NCBI GenBank assembly: GCA_016840165.1
Contig: JAEOSU010000061.1
Location: 1-37,658 of the forward strand
Direction of reading: 5' to 3'
DNA: 37,658 nt
Source: Promethearchaeota archaeon
GTDB lineage: Archaea; Asgardarchaeota; Lokiarchaeia; Sigyniarchaeales; SOKP01
Each line of letters opens with the position of its first letter. Position 1 is the first letter of the stretch. Positions 19,363 to 28,879 of the stretch are shown here, piece after piece. Both the position numbers and the translations under genes were made by a program. The notes under the pieces are model-generated. The model was not told the origin of the DNA and did no database searches. It was given only the letters and a program-made list of their open reading frames with translations.

Positions 19363-19911
19363 ATGTCAATTGAAATCGATGATGCTGGCACCGGGGATTT
19401 AGTAGGGGATGCGTTTATTGGCTTTCTTAGAAAAGATACTGGAAAAATCATTTTTCGTACGCTTCCCGTGGAATTATTCAAGAAAGAAAATTGGAAAAAT
19501 AAAATGCCCTATAAGAAAACGGTAGAACTTGTAAAAAGCGGATTAGAAGAACTTCACTTTGATAAAGAAAAAGAAAAGATTCTTCTCTGTCGTGGTAACA
19601 TTTTTGATAGAGTACGCGATTATTTTGATGAGGAAGGGATCAAATATAAACCAGCTATCATAGAAGGTAAATTACAAGATGCTGTGGAAGGAAAATTTGT
19701 AAATCATCTGAGGTATGAATTGGGAATTAGGTCAAGAAATTTAACAAAAAAAAGTGGTGCTAAACGCTACTTTGTATTATTTAACTGGGTTAGTCGTGAT
19801 ATATATAAAAGAGAAAAATATGTGAAATCAGGATTCAAGCGATGGAATACTATATGGAGAGAAAAGGCAATAGAGAAATTCAATCATAGAAAAAGAAAAT
19901 CAAGAACTTAA
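19363..19911 (+). CDS. Conserved archaeal hypothetical protein, possibly RNase H-like fold
   Basis: IEIDDAGTGDLVG resembles the RNase HII GxDEAGxG start; LCRGNIFD. Confidence 0.6.
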   Translation: MSIEIDDAGTGDLVGDAFIGFLRKDTGKIIFRTLPVELFKKENWKNKMPYKKTVELVKSGLEELHFDKEKEKILLCRGNIFDRVRDYFDEEGIKYKPAIIEGKLQDAVEGKFVNHLRYELGIRSRNLTKKSGAKRYFVLFNWVSRDIYKREKYVKSGFKRWNTIWREKAIEKFNHRKRKSRT

Positions 19912-19912
19912 A

Positions 19913-21553
19913 CTATTTATGTGAGCCTTTTTTTTTAACTATGTTAATTGTTAATAATATTCCCGCTAATACTATTAATCCTGCTCCTGATAAATTCATA
20001 CCTAGCATGATGTTATTTGTTAGTGATTTAGAATCCGTAGGAAGATTCATCTCCTCTTGCGCTAAATACGGCATCACATTTTCTTTAAATTGGGGTATCC
20101 AATCTAGAATCATTTGCAATTCTCCCTCTTCTAAGTAATTTGCTATCATTAATCCATAAGCGGTGGCTGATTCTGGGTTTTTTACAGCATTAAACCATTC
20201 TTTCAAACCATTCTTATTCACGAGTGAAAAATTATTCGATATATTCCATAACAACCTAGCGGATTTTAATGAGATGTTAGTGGGGATTACTGGAATTTTT
20301 TGGCTTTGATAACCGATTTCAAAACCATAAACTATTGTAACTTTTAATTCAAGAGGAAATCCATACAGATATAATACTTTTCCGTCTGCTGTACCATTTA
20401 CCCAGACTTCTAAAAATATAACTTTAGCATACTCTGATAAACTCATACCTTCTCCAATTGGAGGGGGAAGTGTGATTAAAACAGGAACGATATTCCATTT
20501 AAATGATTCCTTCCACAACCAATTTAAAAGAAGATCCATCTGATACGGATCTAAACCGAATTCGATACATAAGTCTTCTGCTAATGTTTGATTTTCTAAG
20601 GCTAGGATCCATTCATTTATTCCAGTATCATTTAATATCGATCTTTTGTTTTGTTCATTCCATAATGCATTTGTTGCTTCTCTCGTTATATTTGATGGAC
20701 AATTACGTCCAACCTCAAATCCATATAATGGTTCATCTAACTCATCTACAATCGTACTGAAATCAATACCCTCTGAATACAATGAACAATTTGCCCATTG
20801 TTCATAGAAGTAATTTTCTGCTATTTCTATAGTATTCATTCCAGAATATTCAGGCATTATTGTATCCAAATTATCCACTAACATAGGTATAGCGATTGGA
20901 ACGAAATATTCTCGATAATACTGTGTTAGTTTAGAGAGTTTCGTCCATGTAGTATTATAACCTAATACTAATTCTTGTTCTAAAGTTGAGTTCCCTAATG
21001 CGGTATCATATAAATCTAAATAGTCTATGACACCCGTTCCCATTGTATTATTACCTATTAATCCTGGTAAGGTTCCATTACCTTCCATTAATAAATATTT
21101 TGCCTCTCCATACCATAAATCTTGTTGAAAATATTCAGAAATTCCTTTTATTGGGGGATATCCCATATTTTGTAGAGCAGAACTGAAAGTTACAGGTATA
21201 ATCAGAACCCACTGAATCCATCTGTCAAAAAATAATGATATAGGTACTACTCCTAGGGTAGTAGGTTCATGCAAGGTCATATTGATTAAAAACATAAAAA
21301 AAGTGGCATTCACAATGGCTTCGAGTTCCTTTAACCCAACTTCTCTAATATCTCTTAATGTTCTTGGAATTCCAAGTTCTGCGATCATCGATTCTACCAT
21401 GGGTAATGCGCCCTCTTGGATTCCTAAAAGTCCTTCATCAACCGAATCTCCAACCATATTCTCAACATAACTATCAATGATAAATCCAGTAGGTATTAAT
21501 GCGGAACCAAATCCCAAAACAACAAGTGATATTAGTAGAGTTTTTTTTGACAT
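19913..21553 (-). CDS. Membrane protein anchored at both termini with internally duplicated ectodomain
   Basis: Hydrophobic N- and C-terminal helices; two roughly 125-aa repeats (YGFEVG..PSNIT...LWN / YGFEIG..PTNIS...LWN). Confidence 0.75.
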   Translation of the reverse strand: MSKKTLLISLVVLGFGSALIPTGFIIDSYVENMVGDSVDEGLLGIQEGALPMVESMIAELGIPRTLRDIREVGLKELEAIVNATFFMFLINMTLHEPTTLGVVPISLFFDRWIQWVLIIPVTFSSALQNMGYPPIKGISEYFQQDLWYGEAKYLLMEGNGTLPGLIGNNTMGTGVIDYLDLYDTALGNSTLEQELVLGYNTTWTKLSKLTQYYREYFVPIAIPMLVDNLDTIMPEYSGMNTIEIAENYFYEQWANCSLYSEGIDFSTIVDELDEPLYGFEVGRNCPSNITREATNALWNEQNKRSILNDTGINEWILALENQTLAEDLCIEFGLDPYQMDLLLNWLWKESFKWNIVPVLITLPPPIGEGMSLSEYAKVIFLEVWVNGTADGKVLYLYGFPLELKVTIVYGFEIGYQSQKIPVIPTNISLKSARLLWNISNNFSLVNKNGLKEWFNAVKNPESATAYGLMIANYLEEGELQMILDWIPQFKENVMPYLAQEEMNLPTDSKSLTNNIMLGMNLSGAGLIVLAGILLTINIVKKKGSHK

Positions 21554-21577
21554 TGAACGTCATATTTTGACAATTAA

Positions 21578-21705
21578 TGATCATCACTATTACACTCTAA
21601 TATATAAGGATTGTTATTTTCTTTCTTTTAGTAATCGCTGAGCAATTTTTAAATATTAACATCTAATATTGTTAATTATTGAGCAATGAGCATTAGTGAT
21701 GATCA
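21578..21705. promoter_or_regulatory. Divergent promoter with inverted 12-mers and TGAGCA direct repeats
   Basis: TGATCATCACTA 21578-21589 and TAGTGATGATCA 21694-21705; TGAGCA at 21639, 21680, 21687. Confidence 0.5.
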
Positions 21706-21719
21706 ATTTATTCTAGCCA

Positions 21720-22415
21720 ATGACTGAAAAAAAACATATTATTAATCATGAGTTTGAGATTTTAGAGTATATCAGAGACAAACCAGGCGGAGTCACAGTT
21801 TCAGATATAGCCAAATTTACGGGATTTTCGAGAAATACAGTTTCTAAATATGTATCTATACTAGAATTGAAAGAGCATATTTTTAGTAAAAAAATAGGGG
21901 CATACCGACTGTTCTTTACAACTAAGAGAAATTTTATTCCTCTTGAATTAGCAATTTCTTATTATAAGGCACTTATTTCTCGTTTCAAGAAGTATATCCC
22001 TGATACTGGGGAACTGGCCAAAAAAGTGGGAAAAGAAGCCATCAGGGACATAAAATTCACGTTTGGAGATAACGTATATAAACAAATGAAAAGTTTGAAG
22101 AATAATCCAATTTCACGAGTTCATTTAGAAAGTTTTAAAAGCTTTTATCCTACATATGACCCATTTTCACCAGACATTGAAATCTCAATCATAAACATAG
22201 ATCCTAAAGGTAAGAGTGCTACATTCCGATTTAAAAATTCTCCATTCTTAACCGATACTAGGGATTTTGATTACCATATCTATATTATTGCTGGTATTAC
22301 AGAGGGAATTCTCGAAAGGGAATTGAAAGTTAAAGTATCCTGTGAAATTAAAGATATACATCCATCTAAGCAGAAGGAAGATGCCTTTTTTGATATAATT
22401 ATTAAGCTTATATGA
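21720..22415 (+). CDS. Winged-HTH transcriptional regulator with V4R-like C-terminal domain
   Basis: GVTVSDIAKFTGFSRNTVSKYVSILE HTH; C-terminal FKNSPF...IIAGITEGILE. Confidence 0.82.
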   Translation: MTEKKHIINHEFEILEYIRDKPGGVTVSDIAKFTGFSRNTVSKYVSILELKEHIFSKKIGAYRLFFTTKRNFIPLELAISYYKALISRFKKYIPDTGELAKKVGKEAIRDIKFTFGDNVYKQMKSLKNNPISRVHLESFKSFYPTYDPFSPDIEISIINIDPKGKSATFRFKNSPFLTDTRDFDYHIYIIAGITEGILERELKVKVSCEIKDIHPSKQKEDAFFDIIIKLI

Positions 22416-22489
22416 ATATAATAAAGAAGAAAATCGAAATTAAAAAAATAGATCTATAATAGACGCTCAGAAATCACTGTTTAAAATTT

Positions 22490-23233
22490 CTAATAAATTT
22501 TCGGAAGAAGCTTATATTTGACTTTCTTCTTATATTCAACATAACCTTCAAGCTCTTTAGTAAGCATCTTTTCCTCGAAGAAAATTCTTAACGCAAGTAA
22601 TACAACTGCTAATATTGCTAAAATCAACGTCCACCAGGATCCCAGCCCAAGTGCGAGACCAAAACCCATAATTGAAAACCCTGTATACATAGGATGGCGT
22701 ACAATTGCATAAGACCCTGTATCAATTACCTTATGACCACTTTCCTTTCTTACATCTAATACCTTCGAAGCATAAGCATTATCCCGCATCGCTCGAAATA
22801 AAACATAGAATGATATTGCTAAAAGTATAAAACCTACGATTTCGACATAAACTGGAACAATTGACCATCTATAACGAAAATCAAATGCAGGGAGGAGGAA
22901 GAGCCCAATGAAAACGATAGATATAAGAGGGAACAACCATTTGTCAGATCCCTTCTTCCCTTTCATACCTTCCTTTTTCGTCTTTATACGGTTAATCAGT
23001 ACCTCGGGATTTTTCTTGTTAAGTATAAGGACATTACTGGTCATGAAGATAAAATAAATTATTAAATATATCCATGCCTCAATCCAATCCCATCTACCTG
23101 CTGGAATAAAAAATAAGGGCATCTGTATCAATACGGATATAATGGTTAAAATAACAAGCAAAACAGAACTCATCTTTTTTGGTTCTTTTACCTCTAATGG
23201 AGAACCCTCTACATGATCATTTGATTCCATCAT
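22490..23233 (-). CDS. Isoprenylcysteine carboxyl methyltransferase / PEMT-family membrane protein
   Basis: VIDTGSYAIVRHPMY, RIFFEEKML..ELEGY..Y. Confidence 0.9.
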   Translation of the reverse strand: MMESNDHVEGSPLEVKEPKKMSSVLLVILTIISVLIQMPLFFIPAGRWDWIEAWIYLIIYFIFMTSNVLILNKKNPEVLINRIKTKKEGMKGKKGSDKWLFPLISIVFIGLFLLPAFDFRYRWSIVPVYVEIVGFILLAISFYVLFRAMRDNAYASKVLDVRKESGHKVIDTGSYAIVRHPMYTGFSIMGFGLALGLGSWWTLILAILAVVLLALRIFFEEKMLTKELEGYVEYKKKVKYKLLPKIY

Positions 23234-23366
23234 GACATTTCATGTTTTTATTTAATAATACCTAATAGAAGGTAATAACTTAAATTTCTAACTCTAAAAG
23301 ACAAAAAAATATTAAGAAAATAGATTACTAATTCTAATTACCTAGTAATTGAAATCAAAAGTAATC

Positions 23367-24050
23367 ATGAATATTATAGTGTTTGCCCCACACCCAGATG
23401 ATGAAGTCTATGCATGTGGTGGAAGTATATTAAACTGGATGGAAGAAGGACATGAGGTCCATGTGATTTATGTGACGGATAATTGTGCATTAATTTCATG
23501 GGGACGAAAAAACAATGAATTAATCGAAGAAGAAGCGAAAGAATATATCAATTTAAGTGAGGAAGAGATTGGTAAAATAGGTTTAGAAGAGGCGAGGAAA
23601 GCAGCTAAAGCATTTCAATTCCCCAAATCTCATGTTCATTTATTTGAATTTCATGATCAAGATGCCATGAATCATATTACGGAAGGAATTGAACTTTCAA
23701 AAGAAATTATTAAGGATGCAGACAGATTAGTGATCCCAAGTGATAATAATAATCATCCAGATCATCAAGCAACTCATATAATGGCTAAAAAAGCGGCTCA
23801 AGAACTTAATCTTACAAATGTGGAATTCTATGTATATGCTACCTATAACGTTTTAAAAGCGCCAATAGAAAAACACATTAAAATTAAAATGGTTGAACAC
23901 CGGGATAAGCTCTATGATATAATGAAAATATATAAAACTCAAATTACACTCTCTACCTCAAAAGTAGCATGGCAAACCTTAAAGCGAAGAAGAAAAGAAA
24001 GGTTTGGTCTTTTTTATTTAGAAGATGCTGGAAAATATTATAACTTTTAA
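23367..24050 (+). CDS. PIG-L/LmbE-family deacetylase
   Basis: VFAPHPDDE and HPDH metal-binding motifs. Confidence 0.9.
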   Translation: MNIIVFAPHPDDEVYACGGSILNWMEEGHEVHVIYVTDNCALISWGRKNNELIEEEAKEYINLSEEEIGKIGLEEARKAAKAFQFPKSHVHLFEFHDQDAMNHITEGIELSKEIIKDADRLVIPSDNNNHPDHQATHIMAKKAAQELNLTNVEFYVYATYNVLKAPIEKHIKIKMVEHRDKLYDIMKIYKTQITLSTSKVAWQTLKRRRKERFGLFYLEDAGKYYNF

Positions 24051-24059
24051 TATATAGAT

Positions 24060-24794
24060 TTAATTGAGTTTTATACCGCAATTGGGACAGTTTTTCGTTC
24101 CTGGTGGTAATTCAGTTCCACATGCAAAGCAAATAAGTTTATTTCTATCTTTCGAAGCTATTTCTTTATTATCCGCTCCTGCATTAGATTCTGGATGTTT
24201 AAATACGCTCATATCAATATCTTGGTTTAAAATTTTTTCTACATACTCCTTATCATGAGGAGTAATGATGGTAAAATCGTCGGAAGTTTCAATTTCTTTA
24301 AATCCTTTTGGTAGATTTTTAATATCATCACTTTCAATAATTGTTGAAGGTTTTTTTTCAGCTCCTGGGATTTCAGGATGTCTTTGTTCTTGGATAGAAG
24401 GGAATGATTTTGTTTTTAACTCCGTATTTTTTGATAGAATTTCCATTTTTTTTTCAATTCTCTTCGAATCTGGACTTTTTACTGATTCTTGCGTTTGCAT
24501 TTTCAAAGAAATAGATGAGATTTTTTTTAAATCTTTAATATGATTGATAATTTGTTCAGCTTTTTCAATGAGCATGGATCGAAAAGAAAAATCTAATTTC
24601 GGTAACTTTGAAATAGTAAGTACCATCTCACTAATCTCGATCCAAACTTTAATCGCTTCTTTAACTCTCTGATGTTTTTCAAGCCCATTTGCTTTTGCTA
24701 CTTTGTAGGCTAGTTCTTGATTAAATTTTGAAATATCCATGCTCTTTAGTTCGATAATATTTTCTTTCTTTACATGGTTTACATGTAAATTCAA
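24060..24794 (-). CDS. Protein with MIT-like helical N-terminus and C-terminal zinc ribbon
   Basis: Three-helix N-terminal segment, low-complexity linker, CFACG...CPNCG. Confidence 0.65.
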   Translation of the reverse strand: MNLHVNHVKKENIIELKSMDISKFNQELAYKVAKANGLEKHQRVKEAIKVWIEISEMVLTISKLPKLDFSFRSMLIEKAEQIINHIKDLKKISSISLKMQTQESVKSPDSKRIEKKMEILSKNTELKTKSFPSIQEQRHPEIPGAEKKPSTIIESDDIKNLPKGFKEIETSDDFTIITPHDKEYVEKILNQDIDMSVFKHPESNAGADNKEIASKDRNKLICFACGTELPPGTKNCPNCGIKLN

Positions 24795-24896
24795 CTATTT
24801 ATAATTGTGATCTATTATCCACAAAATTATGCAAAGATTTTTTTTAGTGTAGCCGATTAGATAATTAAGAAAGCTATCAACTCTTGGCAGTATTAA

Positions 24897-26786
24897 ATGA
24901 CGATACAACTTTTTTCTCCCAATGAATTAGAAAACCTTCGAGCGGTTATTGAAAAAAATGGTTGGAAAATCGAAGGAAAAACAGAAAATTATTTTAGATA
25001 TAGTGTCAAGAACGATAAACTTTTGCTTTTTACCTTAAAGATACCTATTCAATTGCCAGTTCGGTTAAACATTCCCTTAGAAATGTTAACCTTTCGCTTG
25101 AGCATTGCGTTTAAATTTTGGAATCTAAATCCTGCTGTGAATAGAAATATTCTCTTATTTATGAAGATGCTACGAGATTTAGCTCTTCAAGCAAAACTCG
25201 AACAATTATTTCCGATAGAAGGTAAAGAATCTCAATTAGTAGACCTTTTAAACCTCATATTACCTGAACCAATTAATACTGAGTATGAAAGTACATGGGT
25301 AAATAGAATTAGAATCTCATTAATGAATAAACGAGATTCGATAGAACAATTCAATGAATCTGAAATCACATCAATTCTCGAGACTTTAAAAAAAACGGGT
25401 TTAAAGTCCACTTTTAAGTTACCTTGGGAATTAAAGGAGGGGGTACCACGACTTAGAACAACAGAAACTTTGTTTTTTTCCAATGATGAAGAATTTGATG
25501 AGTTTTTCATTTTGGAAAAAGGATTTTTCACTTATTTTAAAGACTTGGAATATAAAAAGCTATATATTCGCACTTCTTTTGATTGCTATACTCCTTATAT
25601 CTTAAAAAATTTATTTCAAGGACCTAATTTTGACATAGATAATTGTCTTGAGAATTGGATTAAATTTTCACGTATGTTATTAAATTCTTTGCTCAAAATA
25701 ATTAATTTAAATAAGATTAATTTGCCAGATTATATCCAAATTAACCCTGAAAGAGAATTTAAATCTAATGGCTTTGAATTAAACGAAAATAATTTTCCCT
25801 TTACTGCCCTGCATTATGAAAGTTCAATTGCTAAAGGAGAGCTTTTTCATATACATAATGATTTATTAAATACTCCACCAAGGAGTTTCAAAGTTCTTGA
25901 ATTTATGAACACTTATACTGAAGCTGAAGAATTAATTACAAATTATCGGTTTGAAGAGGCAGCACAATTATTAAATAATTCATTAAAAGTGTTCAATAAA
26001 CATAAACAAAAGAAAATCGTAGTGTCAATTCTTTTAAAACTGCGTAAGATAGCTAAAAATTTAAATCAACCTGATATTGCCTTGAACTATTTGAATACTG
26101 CTTTGGGGGTAGCCAAATCAGGGGATGTACCCATTGAATTCATAATTATTGTCCATTATAAAATGGGAAAACACTATTTTAAAACAGATGAATTTGCTAA
26201 AGCAGAACAGCATTTTGATACGATTATTAATTTTCTGGAAAAAGAACAAGTAAAAATCAATAGAGAAGAATATCTAGGAATGGCTTACCTTTATAGGGGA
26301 TTGATTAATATTCATAATTCTCAAATATCGCAATCAAAGAATGATTTTAAAGAAACTTTGCAGTATAGCAGAGATTCACCAAAAGTAAAACTCAAATATC
26401 ACCTTTTAAGAGCAGTAGATTATAAAAATAATGAAAATCTCTCCCAAGCACAAAAATTATTGCGAGCAGGTATTGAAGCAGTCGGACTTGATTATACGGA
26501 TAAAAAATATGAATATATTTTAATAAATATTGTACTAGAATTAATTGAATTCTATATACACCATCGAGTTGACTCAAGAAAGGCATTATATCTTTTAAAA
26601 ACAATAGAAACAAGGATTGGACAAAATATTAAGCAGATAAATGGTATAAAGAAAGCTATTAGATGGAATCTACTTATGTGTGATTATCAAGATATTTTAG
26701 AAAAAAATAGTGATAAGTCCACCTATTATTATAAGCAAAGCCAAGTCCTTATTAATCAATTAAAGAAAATTGGAGTTATCCAATAA
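24897..26786 (+). CDS. Hypothetical protein with C-terminal TPR repeats
   Basis: HYKMGKHYF..EFAKAEQHF, AYLYRGLI TPR-like units. Confidence 0.7.
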   Translation: MTIQLFSPNELENLRAVIEKNGWKIEGKTENYFRYSVKNDKLLLFTLKIPIQLPVRLNIPLEMLTFRLSIAFKFWNLNPAVNRNILLFMKMLRDLALQAKLEQLFPIEGKESQLVDLLNLILPEPINTEYESTWVNRIRISLMNKRDSIEQFNESEITSILETLKKTGLKSTFKLPWELKEGVPRLRTTETLFFSNDEEFDEFFILEKGFFTYFKDLEYKKLYIRTSFDCYTPYILKNLFQGPNFDIDNCLENWIKFSRMLLNSLLKIINLNKINLPDYIQINPEREFKSNGFELNENNFPFTALHYESSIAKGELFHIHNDLLNTPPRSFKVLEFMNTYTEAEELITNYRFEEAAQLLNNSLKVFNKHKQKKIVVSILLKLRKIAKNLNQPDIALNYLNTALGVAKSGDVPIEFIIIVHYKMGKHYFKTDEFAKAEQHFDTIINFLEKEQVKINREEYLGMAYLYRGLINIHNSQISQSKNDFKETLQYSRDSPKVKLKYHLLRAVDYKNNENLSQAQKLLRAGIEAVGLDYTDKKYEYILINIVLELIEFYIHHRVDSRKALYLLKTIETRIGQNIKQINGIKKAIRWNLLMCDYQDILEKNSDKSTYYYKQSQVLINQLKKIGVIQ

Positions 26787-26806
26787 GTTTTTTAAAAAAA
26801 AAATAA

Positions 26807-27010
26807 TTAACGAGAATAACTTGCTCGTTTTGCTCCAAGACTATCTTGCTGTCCACCATACTTGCCTTTTTCAATTCTTTGGGTGTATAACTTTCTAAAT
26901 CTCATCCTTGGAGGTTTTTTCTTATGAGCATTTACACCAGTCTTCTCAATTTTTGGTGTTTGTTGTCTTACCTTACCAGCTTTAGTTAATGATCCATGCG
27001 AACCAGGCAT
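26807..27010 (-). CDS. rps30e: 30S ribosomal protein eS30
   Basis: SHGSLTKAGKVRQQTPK signature. Confidence 0.96.
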   Translation of the reverse strand: MPGSHGSLTKAGKVRQQTPKIEKTGVNAHKKKPPRMRFRKLYTQRIEKGKYGGQQDSLGAKRASYSR

Positions 27011-27203
27011 ACGAATTCAACTCTTGAAATAAATAATAGTGCTTTATTATGATAATTTAGCAATTGCAAATTCTTAAATTTTTTGATTATGGAAATTAGA
27101 TACGGACAAATTTAAAAAATGGACTCCACTTTTTTTAATAGATATATTAAATAACTTTTTCATAGGAATAAGAACAATTGAGTTTTATTTGAGTGGTTAA
27201 AAA

Positions 27204-27389
27204 ATGGCTGAAAAAAAAAATGAAGAAAAAGGGTCATCTTCTGGGATAGTGAAGGAAGGTGTGATACAATATAGTGAATCCAGAACAATTTGTTCCTACT
27301 GCGGTGAAGAAATAAAATCCAATGAAAAACTTATTAAATGCCCCTATTGTAATACTCCTCTCGGCAATGAAAATTCAGAGAACGAATAA
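27204..27389 (+). CDS. Small zinc-ribbon protein
   Basis: CSYCG...CPYCN. Confidence 0.65.
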   Translation: MAEKKNEEKGSSSGIVKEGVIQYSESRTICSYCGEEIKSNEKLIKCPYCNTPLGNENSENE

Positions 27390-27457
27390 AACATCTTTGT
27401 AAGTTTGAAAAGCTATGCATCCGAAATAATTTTAATAAAAATAAGATTTTACTACTC

Positions 27458-27952
27458 ATGAGCGTTCGAAATTACAATCAAAAAAGTAAAGCACTAATTT
27501 TGAGTTTACTTTTGTTGATTGTTGCTTTTTTGGTTTTCTTTGGTTTATTTTTTCCAAGTTTTGAGTTACTAATTACAATAGGTATCCCCATAGCCGTTAT
27601 TATTGCTATTGGAACCATTATAATTAAATTATCTTGGAATCCTCAAAATTATTGCTCACGCTGTAATTACCCAGTAAGTATTTATGCAGAATTTTGTAAA
27701 AATTGTGGTTTAAAATTGATAAGTAGATGCCCCAATTGCGATAATTATATACGACTAGGTCTTTCTCAATGTAAAACTTGTGGATACTTACTTGAGACTG
27801 AAGAGCATAAATTTGAACCAGAAAAATATGAGATACTTCAAAAAGGCTCAAAATTGCCTTCTAAACCAAATTTTTGCCCAACTTGCGGTGCAAGCCTTAA
27901 AAATGCCGAAAATATTCGCTTTTGTGAATATTGCGGTTCACGAATTAAATAA
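27458..27952 (+). CDS. Membrane-anchored multi-zinc-ribbon (DZR-like) protein
   Basis: Two TM helices followed by six CxxC motifs. Confidence 0.8.
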   Translation: MSVRNYNQKSKALILSLLLLIVAFLVFFGLFFPSFELLITIGIPIAVIIAIGTIIIKLSWNPQNYCSRCNYPVSIYAEFCKNCGLKLISRCPNCDNYIRLGLSQCKTCGYLLETEEHKFEPEKYEILQKGSKLPSKPNFCPTCGASLKNAENIRFCEYCGSRIK

Positions 27953-27956
27953 ATAG

Positions 27957-28529
27957 TTACTCTTTCTCTCTTTCCTTAAGATATTTTATAATGTAGGCAA
28001 GCACATAACCTAAAGATACAATAATTACCAATCGAATTAGATAATCAATTAGGGACGCTTGAAAATAAGCTAATCTTAAAAAGTATACTAATAAGAGCCA
28101 AATAGTTATTACAATCGAATTATGAATTACATATTTCGGATAAATTGTATCTCTTTTTTTCCAAAAAATATAGATTGACACTGAAAAGGGAATAAGATGA
28201 TAATAATCATAAAATAACCCAAAACTCGCAATTTCGGTTATAATTGTGATCGCTAACCCAATTAGGGAATAAATCAAGACATTATTAATATATGGATTAT
28301 CGCGCTTGATAAACCAAGCAATCGAAAGCGAGAAATACCATTGACTTATAGTAAAAATTACGATGTTTGCCCCCTCATCAAAATGTTGTACGTTTGGGCC
28401 TGTTCCGAATAAATATAGTAGTTGCCAATTCATTGGGATTACAAATTGAAACAATAAGCTAATTATTAGTGCCAATAATACTTGAATTATAGTGATGGAT
28501 TTTAAATTTAATTCACTTAATCTTATCAT
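27957..28529 (-). CDS. Hypothetical integral membrane protein
   Basis: About six hydrophobic segments. Confidence 0.7.
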   Translation of the reverse strand: MIRLSELNLKSITIIQVLLALIISLLFQFVIPMNWQLLYLFGTGPNVQHFDEGANIVIFTISQWYFSLSIAWFIKRDNPYINNVLIYSLIGLAITIITEIASFGLFYDYYHLIPFSVSIYIFWKKRDTIYPKYVIHNSIVITIWLLLVYFLRLAYFQASLIDYLIRLVIIVSLGYVLAYIIKYLKEREKE

Positions 28530-28656
28530 AGAAAAATTCTAATTTACACTCTTATATTAAGTTTATCCCTAACCGCATCTGACCTTGAATATCATCATCA
28601 ACTAGAAAAAGGTATAAATTATAGTAAGAATTTTATTTTATATTAAAAATTAGCAT

Positions 28657-28788
28657 GGGAACTTAGTGTAGCTCGGTAGCACAACAGGCTCCAGATCCTT
28701 TTAGCAGAAAGGTGCACGAGGACACCTGTAGGTCGGGGGTTCAAAGGGGGTTATACTTGATAACTCTTAGAAAATCCCTCAGTTCCCA
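28657..28788 (+). tRNA. tRNA-Trp(CCA) with two introns (28695-28723 at 37/38; about 28746-28774 at 59/60)
   Basis: Acceptor GGGAACT/AGTTCCC, D-stem GTGT/GCAC, anticodon stem ACAGG/CCTGT with CT-CCA-G|A, variable AGGTC, T-stem GGGGG/CCCTC with TTCAAA|T; no encoded CCA. Confidence 0.9.
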
Positions 28789-28879
28789 TCTAATTTTTTA
28801 TCTCGCTTGATGTTTCTAAATCCTTTCAATTACTTTTGACAAAAATGCAAATTTTTAAATTTACATATTTTTATCATAA

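Noticed and set aside
26807-27010. Ubiquitin-like fusion to eS30 as in metazoan FAU
   Set aside because: Gene starts directly at MPGSHGSL; no upstream Ubl frame.
28657-28788. tRNA as tRNA-Sec or UGA suppressor
   Set aside because: Anticodon is CCA, acceptor stem is 7 bp and the variable loop is short.
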